60,283 nucleotides of DNA from an uncultured Nitrososphaeraceae archaeon (GCA_963825865.1 CAWGVG010000002.1:1-60283), one strand, 5' to 3'; numbered from the stretch's first letter, positions 36,455 to 48,690 are shown. The notes: generated by a model from the sequence alone, not told the origin. Made by a program: numbers and translations.

Positions 36455-36885
36455 CGCATGGATATATTATGAGACGTAAATTAAAGGTTTTAGACCTGCT
36501 TCTCTGATTTCCTTAGTCTTTGATTCTTGATATCCATTAATGGGTTACCCATGAGCAACTAACGTTCAAAATGACACAGAAGACTTTTTAGGTTTCACTA
36601 CTTCTGAGAGAGAAATTCTAAAAGAAAGAAATAGAAAGAACAAGCAGAATTTCCAAGATTATAATAATATGTTCTAATGTTTGCATAAAAATTAAAAATT
36701 CAAATAATACTTTTTAATATTATATTGGTACTGAAAAGTACCTATAGGTCAGCTTAATTGCGGCTGGCCTGCTGCTGGTACTGGTCTATGTACCGGCATC
36801 TTCATCGACAAATATTTTATACATATATGATATTTTTTGTCCAAGTGCAAAGGGGCTTTCAAGTTATGTTAAAATCCCTGCCTCA

Positions 36886-37548
36886 TTAATCATTAAAAAC
36901 GCTATAAGCTCCTCTAAATGCAATATAATAAGCCATTCCAGCCAAAGCAATAGCAACTAAATACCAGTTTGGTATAACAAATCTACCAATATCTATTGCC
37001 CCTAAATGCATAGATGTCCAGTCTGTAAATTGCATCAAATGACCTCCTTTTGGATCATCTTGCAATGGAATTAACCACCTATTTACAAACCAGGCAAAAT
37101 CCTCTATAAGGATTGCAGTAATGAGATTTGCACCTCCAAGAATAAAGGCTTTTATTCTTTTTCTTCCACCAAACAATTTGAAAGTCATATCATCAAAAAG
37201 GGCAGCAAAGCTTATGAGAGCAAAGATAAAGAGCATAGGAAATAAATGGTATTGATACATATTACCGATTATTGGCTTTGTTTCTCTGCTCTGGTCAAAT
37301 TCAGGGTGATTGCTCTGTACTTTACCATTTGAGATCTGCAAAGCAGGATCTTTGATATAATAATATTCAAGGTGAGCAAAGCAGACAGCAAAGATTACAA
37401 CAATGATAGCAGTTGTGATGAACTCAATTCTTCTTGCTAGAAGCTGCAGAAGCAGATGTTCTGAGGTAGCACCTGGTGAACTGGCAGATGGATTAGAATC
37501 TGAATCTTCTGATGATTGCCTGATAAGAAGTAAAAGTACAGTAGTCAA
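36886..37548 (-). CDS. hypothetical membrane protein
   Basis: 4 TM segments, with YHLF, IEDFAWF and IPNWY motifs. Confidence 0.65.
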   Translation of the reverse strand: MTTVLLLLIRQSSEDSDSNPSASSPGATSEHLLLQLLARRIEFITTAIIVVIFAVCFAHLEYYYIKDPALQISNGKVQSNHPEFDQSRETKPIIGNMYQYHLFPMLFIFALISFAALFDDMTFKLFGGRKRIKAFILGGANLITAILIEDFAWFVNRWLIPLQDDPKGGHLMQFTDWTSMHLGAIDIGRFVIPNWYLVAIALAGMAYYIAFRGAYSVFND

Positions 37549-37891
37549 TTAAATTTGTTTTGCTTTAATTCAATATCATATTAGTAGATATTATAATTGT
37601 AGTTGATCGAAGCATAATAGTTAGATAATATGATTTTAGAAAGTGTTCAACTCACAGTTTACTTGAGCAATAACATATAAAATATGCTGCCAGAAATAAA
37701 CATCCAAAATATTAATGGGATCCAGGTTAAAAAGATAGATATCATGTTCAGTTTTTTATCTAAAAGTTTGATACTAAGGATGTAAAAACTGCAGACTAAT
37801 CACAAGTTCAATGACTGAAATAACAATAGAGGAGATGGTGGAAGTATTTTCGAACTTCAAAGAACTTTTTAATAATATAATATTTCCGCCC

Positions 37892-38515
37892 TCAAGTCTC
37901 TACACGCTGTGCTTCTTCACGTTTAGCAATAGAAGCCTCAATTTCAGGCCATAGCTCCATGAGTATATCTGGAGCATTTGTCCTGATCCAATCAGCCATA
38001 GTTTTTTCTTCAGATAAGCTTTGGGATATAACAGATATTGCATTAGTTATACCCATTTTCTCTACTAGGTGCATTAGCATGTCATAAAGTACAATTTCGG
38101 CATTTTCTATTACTGCATCCTCTTTAGCTCCCTTTAATTCCAACTCCGCAGAAGTCATCATTCTTCTAATCATCTTGGCCATTGTTTTAGTAGCCCATGG
38201 AATTGGCAATTGTGCCTTTTCCTTTGTAGGGTTTTTACCACCCACATCTGAAATCAACTGCTTTAATCTGTTTTGTTGCTCTCTTGTCTCTTCTAAATGG
38301 AGTCGAAGTCTTTGTTTTACACTTTCAATTTTTGTCTGCTTTATTCGCAATTGGAGCCTTTCTACCGCAGCATTTTCCATAGCTAATGTCTCATTTAGGT
38401 ACAAAGTTATCTTCTCGCTGGCTGTAATTTCTTTTCCTTTTGTTGAGGATACATTCCTTTTTCTTCTTCTTGTTCTTTTAATTTGTTTATTCTTATCTGC
38501 TTTACTCTGAACCAT
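37892..38515 (-). CDS. DUF892 (YciE/YciF) ferritin-like protein
   Basis: LNETLAMENAA, HLEETREQ, ENAEIVLY, SLSEEKTMADW. Confidence 0.85.
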   Translation of the reverse strand: MVQSKADKNKQIKRTRRRKRNVSSTKGKEITASEKITLYLNETLAMENAAVERLQLRIKQTKIESVKQRLRLHLEETREQQNRLKQLISDVGGKNPTKEKAQLPIPWATKTMAKMIRRMMTSAELELKGAKEDAVIENAEIVLYDMLMHLVEKMGITNAISVISQSLSEEKTMADWIRTNAPDILMELWPEIEASIAKREEAQRVET

Positions 38516-38849
38516 CTTCTATCTGATCTCTGGTTTCTTAGCTTGTAATCAATTGCATTTAACGGTTGTCTAACTCTTTTTAGTAATACTATCACAAGGA
38601 TAGCACTTAACCCACGTCAATCCTTCTGATTGATTTCAACATCATTATCTATGCTTGAAAACTGGCTTTTCTACTTTGGTAGTAATTGATCACCTGGTTA
38701 ATCACTATTATTGAGAACCAATCTTTGCAACATGCTAGAAATATTTACACAACAAGAGTTCGAAATAGTGTATATCCTAGTAGGAAACACTGCCTTTTAG
38801 ATTCTTAAATTTCAATTGAAAAACCTAAATAACTTTCGCCTCAAGTGTT

Positions 38850-39083
38850 CTACTCCTTAAATAACCTAGAGAACTCGTTTACCTTTTCAGCAGGAACAAA
38901 AAGTTGTAAATTATTACATACATTGCAGAAAAAGAATGAAGTAACAATTGTTCCTGGTGTTCCGTCGCCCAAATCAAATTGTAATTTGATGTTCGGCATA
39001 CCCTTACCAAAATGAATCTGCTTCATCTGATTCTTACACATAGGACAGTTAAATGATGATGATGATGGTGTTGCTGATGACAT
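38850..39083 (-). CDS. zinc-ribbon microprotein
   Basis: FNCPMCK...FFCNVCNNLQLF. Confidence 0.7.
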   Translation of the reverse strand: MSSATPSSSSFNCPMCKNQMKQIHFGKGMPNIKLQFDLGDGTPGTIVTSFFFCNVCNNLQLFVPAEKVNEFSRLFKE

Positions 39084-39339
39084 TGATTTTATATAAATAG
39101 ATACTATTATTTTAGTTAAGTCTTTCTAATAGATCAAATCTCCTTCTACGACTGTTTCCACTGCCTGTTTTGTTCAAATTTTTATTGCAGTATTTAATTC
39201 TAACTTTTGTTGTCGCCTTCTATAACATTAAGTTAATCTTAAATTACAATCAAAGTTAATGTTGATCTGATTTTATAATTCTTCTTCAAATTATAAAATT
39301 ACAATTCAATTTCCTAAATAGCCTGTTTTTTGCTTGTCA

Positions 39340-39719
39340 ATTGTATCTGCACTAACCTTTGTAACGAGATATCCATCACTTTGCATTTAGTCCTTTTTGG
39401 ATAATGGTTCATTTCATCCTAATTCTTTACCAATATACTTATAGTGTAGAAATGAAAAAATAGCAACATCCAAAGCTTCATCGGCTAACGGTACTTTTTT
39501 CATATCACAGGCTACAACCTTAACATTTATTGCCACATGGTCAAAACTATAAACTCTATTTTCTCCTATAGATTCCATATTTTTAGCTTCTCCACAACCA
39601 AAATCTCCTATTTGCAATCTTGGAGATAATTTCCTTATTCTTTTAATTATTTCCCCATATGGTACGAGTATTAATATGCCACTTTGATATTTGACCTTTA
39701 GGATTGCAGTGCCATGCAC
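39340..39719 (-). pseudogene. Rrp8/Methyltransf_8-like SAM methyltransferase fragment
   Basis: PY..II...IGDFGCGEAK...VYSFDHVA...VACDM..VPL.DE.LDVAIFS. Confidence 0.7.
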
Positions 39720-39959
39720 ATACTAGGTATTGTGTCACTTTATGGATCTAAATTAGATGGATGGTTAAAGAAGTCATGAATTTGATATATGATAGAACAG
39801 GAGTCAAATATCATGAGGTTCAAATTTAGACTATTACACATCATCAGGATTGTTGAAGAAATGCATTTTAGGCGAATTTTTGTAGGATACTAATTGGATT
39901 CCGTTTACCTCATTACCTACTAAAAATATTATAATATCAATATGTCAATGTGAAACCAT

Positions 39960-42591
39960 ATGCTGGCAAAGATCAAGCAATCCCCTTGGATAACACTTGC
40001 AATCCTAAGTTCTATTGGTCTTATAACCATGCATGCAGAGACTATGCTGCTACCAGCTATTCCAGATATTATTAGGGACTTTCATATTAATTACAGTACA
40101 TCATCTTGGATACTTACAGCATACTTGATTTCAGGTGCTGTTATGACTCCGATTGCTGGTAAGTTATCTGATATCTATGGTAAAAAGAAGATTCTACTTA
40201 TAATAATGATAATCTATACCATAGGTGTTACTTTAGGTGGTTTGGCATTTTCTATCTCTTTTCTATTTATTGCTAGAATAATTCAGGGCGTTGGTCTCTC
40301 TATGTTTCCAATAGCTTTTGGAATCATACGATCTCAATTTCCTCCACAAAAACTAGCCGTGGCCCAAGGAATTTTCATAAGTACTTTTGCCGGTGGATCT
40401 GCGGTGGGTTTAGCAGCAGGAGGACCAATAGTCAATTACTTTGGATGGCACGCGACATTTTTTTCGATAATACCTATCGCTGTTGCATTAATTGTGATGG
40501 TACATAGATTAATTTATGTTAGTAAGGAAGAACAGGAATCACCAAAGTCAAAACTTGATTTTGATTATTGCTGTGTATTCACAAAGCTAAATCAAGAACA
40601 ATTGCAATCTGAAAGAAAAAGTGCTGGGCAGGTACATAAGATCTCTTGCGTAATTAGGAGCTATAGTCTAACACCCTACTTGTTTTAGCCGTCTTCTTAG
40701 ATTGAAATGCTGTCAGACTGTATAACTCTGAAGTTCAGGAGACCGGATATTATATCAGATACGTTATTGTACTTCCTTAATCTGTTTCTAAATTTAGTAC
40801 CCATTATTCCAAACTTTTTGATTCTACATATGGTATGTTCTACTATGATCCTTAGCCTAGAATGATTCTTGTTGTAAGTTCTTTCATCACATGAAAGCAA
40901 TGTACCCTTTTTCTTTTTGATACGAAGTACAGATACTTTACAGTGGGAAAGTCCTTTTCAATGCCAAGATAACCAAGATTAACTATGTTTTCAACTTGTG
41001 ATGGAGTTATAGAATGATTGTGTTTGTAAATGTCATAATCATGTTTTCTTCCACTTCTGTGACCTGTCTTATGCAGTATCAATCCTTCATGTTTACCATC
41101 AATTGTGTCTTGACAGTATGTTTCTTCTTTCTACCTGAATAGTAACTCTTCCTTCTTCTTTTGTTCTTAGGTCTTGGAATTTCTTGTTCTGTAGAGTCTA
41201 TGAAAGCCTTGAATCCAGGAAGTACTCTTCTACTTCATCTATAGTTCTTAATCTCCTAGGACGTTTGTATATCTTCTTTGGCAATGGAATACACTCCTTG
41301 ATAAGTGGTTCCATCATTGATATATCTCTACAAACATTGCTTTGATCAAGGTCAAACAGAAATCCTGATAATGTATATGTAATGTATAATCTGTAGTATA
41401 CTAGAAGCATAACGAATCTTTCTTTAACTTTAAGCTTAAATGGTCTACCAGCACCTATATCCCGTATTCTCGTCCTTGATAGAAGACGTCTTCTTTCGTG
41501 CTCTTCGTAGTTATGTTCAATTTCGTTACAAATGGATTCAAATTCAGATACAGTTACTCCGGTAAATGACCTGAATATCAAAGGTTTCTTACATAATTTG
41601 CTATAGGACATCAAAGAGCTTGTCAGATAGATATCCTATGTGAAGAGGAATATAGCTCTAAGCTTCTAATTACACAAGAGATCTATATTATAAGCAGAAC
41701 GGATAGTAGTAGTAGATTTGCTAACTTAGTTGATATCAAAGGTGAGCAACATTAGCTGTTACGATAACCTTCTTTTTGCTTGCACTGACGTATTTGGAGA
41801 ATATTAGCAATCCCTCTAATCTGATTCCACTGATCAGCTTTTCAGTTGTATCTGTAGTTTCACTTTTGTTTTTTATAAGAATAGAAAGAAAAATGTCAGT
41901 TGTGACAACATCTGCAAAAACCACAAGCACAACAACAACATCGCCATCTCCATTAGTCAATCTTAATCTAATGATCCACAAAATTTTACTTCCAACTAAT
42001 ATCAACTTGATGATTGTAAGCATTACAATGTTTATGGTATATCAGAGTATACCAATATTGGTAAGAAGTCCAAAACCATTAGGATTTGGTGGTGATGCAG
42101 TAGGAGCAGGAAATGTTCAACTTCCTTTTATGATTATATCTTTTTCAGTATCTTCTATCGCTGGCATTATTATATCTAAATTTGGAAATCTCAATATCAC
42201 TGTAGTAGGAAATGTGATAAGTACGATCGGATTCTTTTTGCTATTTATGTTTCACTCAACTGAAATTTTAATATCTATTAACATAGGCATAATAGCTATT
42301 GGCTTATCATTTTCAAGGGTTGGGGGTTTTAATATTGTCGCAGCATCAGCTCCAGAGCAATATAGCGGAGTTGCTTATGGAATGACAGTTCTTCTCTTTT
42401 ACGTTGGAATGGCTATAGGGCCAGCAATCGCAGGCCTTTATATGCAATCGCACCAGATATCTGTAAGCACCGTTGCAGGTTTATCATCGTATCCATCTGC
42501 TGAATCTTATAATTTGATATTTCTTACAGCTTGGGTGATTTCATTAGTATCTATAGGATTAGCATTGTTTTTAAAGAAAAAAATGCGATAA
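39960..42591 (+). pseudogene. MFS (DHA2-like) transporter interrupted by IS copy 2
   Basis: N-half SWILTAY, GKLSDIYGKK, ARIIQG. C-half resumes at 41688 with VDIKG and further TM segments. Confidence 0.9.
40639..41684 (-). mobile_element. IS5-family insertion sequence, copy 2, 3-bp target duplication ATA
   Basis: Same TIRs as copy 1, 9 small differences from it, ATA on both flanks (40636-38 and 41685-87). Confidence 0.95.
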
Positions 42592-42779
42592 TTAATGACA
42601 GAAACCTAGTTTAGAATAGTGAAAGGAAATATACACGTTAATTACAGTATATAGCAACAATATTTAGTTTAATCAATTTCTCTATTTTAATAATTATTCA
42701 AAAAAACGTGTTTATCTCATAGAAAGCCGTATTTTTTCAACTCAATTGATAATGCTTCATTATCTTAAGCTCAAACAAC

Positions 42780-43250
42780 ATCCATTCGAACATTTGTAGT
42801 TTCAAATAGTATAGATTGTAAATAATATCATGAAATGGTTACTATCTCTATGACTTACTGAATTCTGTAGCTTTTTGCAAGCAGTAAAACAAAATGTTCA
42901 TCTGGCTGATAAGTATTGTGCAGTACAATTAATTTAGAAATGCAAATGCAAAGTCACGTACTTAATTGCTTTGGAATATTGCCAGATTCAAGTCTTAGTA
43001 GTATACCAAGCACGAGCACCTCAAACTATGATACTATCTAAGAAAAGTATCATTATCATTATCATTATCATCATCATCAGCAGAAAATATGGGTAAAATT
43101 GTGTCAGCTATGGCGCCATGCCCTTGGACATATTTCGAAATAGCTGAAAAATTGTCAAGGTATAATACAGAAAATGACACATATAGAAAGTGGGTGCAGT
43201 TCTATTCCTCGAGTGACTCATTTATGCAAGTTGAAGATCTAAAAAATTGT
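42780..43250 (+). pseudogene. TenA/Thi-4 (thiaminase II) family remnant
   Basis: SAMAPCPWTYFEIAEKL...YRKWVQFYSS. Confidence 0.75.
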
Positions 43251-43481
43251 ATGAGGATTTGTGCTCAGTTGAGAAACTTACTGGAACTACATCCATGCTC
43301 GCCTGAGTTCGCTCGCCAACCCAATGGGCACGTTCGTCGATCCCGACAAGATGATTGCGGCTCGGAAGATAGGTATGTCATTTCTCCATCGACGCGCATA
43401 TGCCGGTGAGTTTCCGCCATCTCGTAACGTGTACCCGGGCGTTCTGATATAATGGAGTGAACCGCTGTTTTTGTTATCCGT

Positions 43482-43544
43482 ATCGGTATAGATCTTGACA
43501 AGATGATGGAAATAACAAAACAGCTTTCAAAGTTTGCTAGATAA
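43482..43544 (+). pseudogene. isolated 3' end of an LLM oxidoreductase paralog
   Basis: IGIDLDKMMEITKQLSKFAR* matches IGMDMKRMIEITKQFARFAK* of 44305..45263. Confidence 0.7.
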
Positions 43545-43595
43545 TAAAATAAAATGAATGGTAATGTAATTGTATATGATTAACCAATCAATCAT

Positions 43596-44039
43596 TCATT
43601 CATTCTTCCAAGTTATTACTTTTTGTGGAATTATCATTATAACATATTCTCCAATACCGATTTCTTGGTACTGAAGATATTTATCAGACAGTAATTTGTG
43701 AGCTTTTTCTAATAAAAACAGTTCACTTTGTTGTTCTAATTTTTTACCTCCTATTATCGAGGCCTTTCCTTGAATCATAATAAAATAAAGTTTTCTCCAG
43801 TTTTCATTGTATTCATCTATCAATAAGGCAACGTTTGGATTTTGTTGTATGTTCTTTGCTCTTTTTAGCTTTTCAGGCCTAGATCGCTTAGTCTTTGCGT
43901 CTATTGGTATAAAGTAACAATCATTATCAAATACAAATACAACCGGTATCACATGTGGCTTACATTCTGTATCAACTGTTGCTAGCCTAGCTACTCTAGC
44001 TTTATCGATTATCGTTTTAACACATGCATCATTAATCAC
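43596..44039 (-). CDS. PPOX-class F420-dependent oxidoreductase (Rv0121-like)
   Basis: ARVARLATVD...PHVIPVVF...IDAKTK...LKRAKNIQQNPNVALLIDEY.ENW...KYLQY. Confidence 0.88.
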   Translation of the reverse strand: MINDACVKTIIDKARVARLATVDTECKPHVIPVVFVFDNDCYFIPIDAKTKRSRPEKLKRAKNIQQNPNVALLIDEYNENWRKLYFIMIQGKASIIGGKKLEQQSELFLLEKAHKLLSDKYLQYQEIGIGEYVIMIIPQKVITWKNE

Positions 44040-44304
44040 AAATGCATCATCATCATCATTTATACTTCAAGCTTTATGATATTACAGACAACATTTCGTG
44101 ATCAAAAATGTCAAAATTGCTGAAGGTTTTCTTGAATCCTACATATGATCTCCACTATGAATCATAATAAACTGTTTAACAACTGCAGTACTGATATTGG
44201 TACATCTCGATGTTCTTATGACTGACCGAAAAAAGGAAAACTATTAAGGGTTGTTCTTATACCTTTGTTCGCAGGTATCTTTGTTACGCTAATGTTCAGC
44301 GTGT

Positions 44305-45263
44305 TTATTTTGCAAATCTAGCAAACTGTTTTGTTATCTCGATCATCCTCTTCATATCCATGCCTATTGGAGAAAAGACATGACCAAACATTATATGCTC
44401 TACGCCCATCGCTTTGATTTGATCAATGTCAGCTCCAATTTGGTCAAAGGTACCGGTCATGGGCAATCTCTGTTGATCTGAGGAGGAGGAGGAGGAAGTT
44501 GGAGAAGAAGAGGAAGAAGAGTCTAGCACATTTGGATATGTCAACACAAATACACGAATCTTAGAAGGGTCTTTGTTGGCTTTTCTTGCGCCTTCTCTCA
44601 AGCCGTTTATAGACTGCTCAAGCTGTTCTAATGGTCCAAGTCCAGCAACGGGTAACCATCCATCTGCATAGTTTACTATTCGTGATAATGTATTTGGACT
44701 GGATCCACCAAGCAGTATTGGAGGATGAGGTTTCTGTACAGGCTTTGGCCCAATTTTTGAAGCTGGTATGGAGTAGAATTTACCTTTAAACTCGACTACC
44801 TCATCAGTCCAAATTCGCTTTAGTAATTGCAAAAATTCGTTTGCCCTTTCTCCTCTGTGTTTGTAAGGTACACCGGAAACTTCGTACTCGTCTTTTGACC
44901 ATCCAATTCCCAGACCTGCAATAGCCCGCCCATTTGACAGTATATCGAGTGTTGCAAATCGCCTTGCCAATACTACGGGGTTATGAAACAGAATATCAAT
45001 TATACAAGTTCCTAAAGAAATTTGCTCGGTATTACCTGCCAGATAGGTAAGCGTCTCCAGCGGGTCAAGTACATTTTGGTATTCAGCTGGAAAAGAACCA
45101 TCAGGTGTTGCACCATATGGTGTCTGGGGCTTGAGTGGTAACAAAAGACGCTCTAATACCCAAACAGAATCAAGGCCTTCCTTTTCAGCCTCCTTCGCGA
45201 TATAAAGAACATTGTCTCTTGTGGCAGAGTCTCCAGATGTGGCAAGAGTATTCCGGCTTTCAT
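44305..45263 (-). CDS. LLM-class F420-dependent oxidoreductase (Rv2161c-like)
   Basis: DSVWVLERL, LDPLETL, LARRFATLDILSNGR, GLGIGWSKDE, PKPVQKPHPPILLGG. True start MKAGILLP at 45263, with a 1-nt loss near 45238. Confidence 0.9.
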
Positions 45264-45707
45264 AAGATATATACAAGAAAGTTACAATCACTTATAACTG
45301 TTGATTGCTGCTATGTCATTGTTATTATCGCTGTGTTTCTTATCTACAGTAACAGATCATCAACTTTATGTTTTTCTAATTCAGGTTCGATAGATGATGA
45401 GGACCAGGACAAGCTGGAAATTATATGTGAATATTTTGATTGTGGTCTATACAGGCATAGTGATAGGTTATAGAATGTCGAAAACCTTTCGCAATGATAT
45501 GTATGATCACAATCACACGCTGAAAGTATTCTATACCCGAGGCTCGAATATATTCAATAGGTTAATTCTGAATTTAGTACCGTCAATGGAGCTTGTGCTT
45601 GCGAGAATCTTCCAATATTAGTTGCTATTGTTCTTGCTATCGCATCTACTGATTCAGCAGTCCCTCATTGGTATTGCTATAAATGCTCCTACCACTGGAG
45701 CATTTAT

Positions 45708-46539
45708 CTAATCAACAACCAATTTTGATACATCTACCTTTGGTTTTGGATAATGTATATTCATATTTTCAAATGTTTCTGTAACGATCTTAGCCACACA
45801 GAGATTTCTAAACCACTTTGTATTTGCAGGTATGATGTACCAGGGCGCCCATTCTGTACCTGCAGCTGTTTAAAGCTTCCTCATAAGCTTTCATGTATTC
45901 ATCCCAATACTTCCTTTCCTTAAGGTCACTTTCTGAGATTTTCCAATTCTTTGAAGGATCATTCAATCTCTTCTGAAGTCTCTTTTTTTGTTCTTCTTTG
46001 CTAATATGCAGAAAGAATTTGATTATTTTTATATGGTTCTCTGACAAGTATCTTTCAAATTCATTGATTTGTCTGTATCTTTTAGACCACTCTGATTTAG
46101 TTACTAGGTTATGGACTTTTACCTCAATAACATCTCCATAATGAGAACGGTTAAAGATGCTTACATCACCTTTTGATGGAATTAGCCGATGAATTCGCCA
46201 AAGATAATCATGCAAAAGTTCTTCTGTTGTAGGTGCCTTAAACGATTCTACTCTACAAGATTGAGGGTTTAATGCTCCCATGACGTGTCTGATCGTTCCA
46301 TCTTTTCCTGATGTATCAATACCCTGTAAAATAATCAAAAGTGATTGACTCTTATCTGCAAACAACTTGTACTGCAACTCTGACATGCGACTAGAGTAGT
46401 GACTCAATTCTGACTCTACACTATCTTTATCTTTTTTATTCGCAACATAATCAGGATTACATTCTTTTAGTTTGACATTCACTCCTGGTTGGATTAGGAA
46501 TCCATGACTTTTCATGTAATAATAATTATCATACAACAA
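45708..46539 (-). CDS. ppk2: polyphosphate kinase 2 family protein
   Basis: Walker A QGIDTSGKDG, FKAPT, HDYLWR, FNRSHY, WKISESD. After the GTAC frameshift at about 45858 it reads STEWAPWYIIPANTKW. Confidence 0.92.
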
Positions 46540-46699
46540 AGTTTGTTCTTTAAAAGCTGTCTGGTCATAGTATTTACTACCAATTGAATACCATGTTGAG
46601 GCACAAGAGTTGAACGATAGCGTTTATAGAGACTCTGAGCGGTATGATGAAACATTGTGAGTGTATTGGCTAATAGCCCCTACGATGTAAGACAAACAT

Positions 46700-47625
46700 A
46701 TGACAGGAATACTGTTTAAAGTAAAAAAAGTCTACCGACAACTTTTTTACAGAATTAGAGGGACAAGATTGACGCGGGCTCGAAGGGATGCGAATCAATA
46801 TCTATGCTTTGGATTCAAAGATGCAATAGGCAAGACACTATACAAGGTACGTAGTGGCGGTGGTGGCCGCTCTGGTGAGGACAGGCCATCAAAGGACGTA
46901 TTAGAAATCTTGACTGAAAGGAGACAGAAATGGTATTCACTATACACAGAATCGGAAAGGCAAAAACATCTGTGGACTCAAAGTGATGGATTTTACGCCA
47001 GTCGCAAGCGATTGATCGAATGCGGTTATACAAACGATGAAATCGACAGAGAATACATAACTGAATTGATCAAAGATATCTGCGAGAACAAATTAGATGT
47101 AAAACGCGAAGACATAGGAATTATCTCAGCAGATAGAGCGCAGCTTTACTTTAAAGGGAAGTGGAAGAAAACAGAGAATTAAGTCTCTATGGAATCGACC
47201 TACTAATTATAGAAAAAGAAGGCATTGCAGAACAACTAGCACCTTTTGCCTATGAGAAGGGAATTGCTTTACTTCATACAAGAGGCTTTCTGACAGATTA
47301 CGCATCAGTTCTATCTGAAAAGTCTGCTAAAGAAGGATGCAATATTGCTATCTTAACTGACTTCGATGACTCTGGCTTGGCCATTGCAAGGGAAGTGCCA
47401 GACTCGTATAGAATAGGTATAGATTTTGAAACGCTAGAAGATTTGGGGTTGGATATTGAAGATGTACCAGGAAGAATACAATCCAGGAAACCACTTAAAG
47501 ACACTACAGCTTGGCGGCAAACATGCAGGCGTATATTCAAAAGAAATTGTAAAATATGTTAAAGGCAAGCGTGTAGAGATTAACAGCGTCGTAGAGGTAT
47601 CAGCAGCTTCTTGCAAGGTTAGTTA
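46700..47625 (+). pseudogene. Topo VI-A/DUF2399-like Toprim-domain protein, broken
   Basis: LIIEKEG, GIALLHTRGF, ILTDFDDSG (DxD), RIGID, RVEINSV. Confidence 0.75.
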
Positions 47626-47668
47626 GAAAAGGCCAGATTAGTGTGTGGTCTGTGTTTAGGAAAATGTT

Positions 47669-47941
47669 TTACATGCAAGTGTTCTTTATACGTGGGATTG
47701 TGTTATTGCCAATATTATAGCCTTTTTGTCGAAGATACTTTAAAGTCAATTTATACACCAGTTCATCATAGTCTGTTACTTCCAATTCTCTTTTCCATGA
47801 AATCTGTCCTGTCTTTGAAACTTCTTTTGATAATAATTCTGTAGTTTTTCTTGCTTCTTGTCTACACTGCTCCATGGATTTGCCATTCTTATAAGCATGG
47901 ATACGAGAATCGCAACTAGTACTACTGCCCTGATTTTCCAC
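47669..47941 (-). CDS. conserved-looking hypothetical protein
   Basis: 90-aa ORF SCDSRIHAY...CRQEA...YKLTLKYLRQKGY. Confidence 0.6.
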   Translation of the reverse strand: MENQGSSTSCDSRIHAYKNGKSMEQCRQEARKTTELLSKEVSKTGQISWKRELEVTDYDELVYKLTLKYLRQKGYNIGNNTIPRIKNTCM

Positions 47942-48214
47942 TAGCTAAAGATATACTAGCAACAATTTAAACTATTTTTCTGTGTAAAATAAAATGGACT
48001 AGCATGCTATTAGATATGCCCTAGCTACCTAAGATCACATAAAGGATTAGAGTACTGGGTATTAGTAGGATAACTCAGTTAGCCGATTTATTAGGTACTG
48101 TTTACGATTGACATTTCCCATGGTAAATCATAATTTAAAGTATTATTGCTTGGAATGTGGTTGTGAACTTTTTAGCAGAACCTCTATCAATGGATTGGAA
48201 TCATTCTCAAATAG

Positions 48215-48345
48215 TGGAATTTACTTCATGGCGAACAGCTGAACGAGGCTGATATTTTAGCAGGTCGTGTAAAATCCGTTTCAGCAAGACATTATGCTCT
48301 TTATGAATTAGATATGATAACCATTACATATATTCAAGGCTGGGA
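48215..48345 (+). pseudogene. C-terminal remnant of an archaeal tyrosine recombinase/integrase
   Basis: EADILAGRVKSVSARHYALYELD resembles the D-x-L-x-GR...RHY catalytic-Tyr tail of archaeal integrases. Confidence 0.45.
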
Positions 48346-48505
48346 AGGCTTCATATTTACCAAGAGTATTTGTCCACTCGTTGACTACATTACTCACCGC
48401 CCCCGTCCTTATGTTGTTGTCGCGTGCTATGGTATCCCGGCTAAGGCCTTGGAGCCATTGTATGATAACTCGTGATTTTATAGTTTCTGGAATCGCTGCA
48501 GGCAT
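48345..48505 (-). pseudogene. N-terminal HTH fragment of a thaumarchaeal coiled-coil protein family
   Basis: MPAAIPETIKSRVIIQWLQGLSRDTIARDNNIRTGAVSNVVNEW, truncated after about 53 aa. Confidence 0.7.
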
Positions 48506-48558
48506 ATTCGTATTCTACTTAAGAAATAGTGACATCAGTTTATATATTTATCATATAT

Positions 48559-48690
48559 CCGTCAAATACGCCGTCAGATCCGTCAAATAGCATATTTGAA
48601 CTCAAAAGACCGTGTAACGACGAGGCGTTACTTCAGCTAACAAAACATAACGTAGGTTATAACCTATACTTGAAAAGCGAGCCGTCAAAG
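48559..48690. repeat. four CCGTCA(A/G)A direct repeats upstream of the HTH gene
   Basis: Copies at 48559, 48571, 48580 and 48682. Confidence 0.7.

Noticed and set aside
43051-43080. TCA/TCATTA microsatellites and poly-Ser/Thr/Glu tracts (also 27150, 44480, 49815, 55710)
   Set aside because: Ordinary slippage repeats in linkers, with no sign of a phase-variation role.
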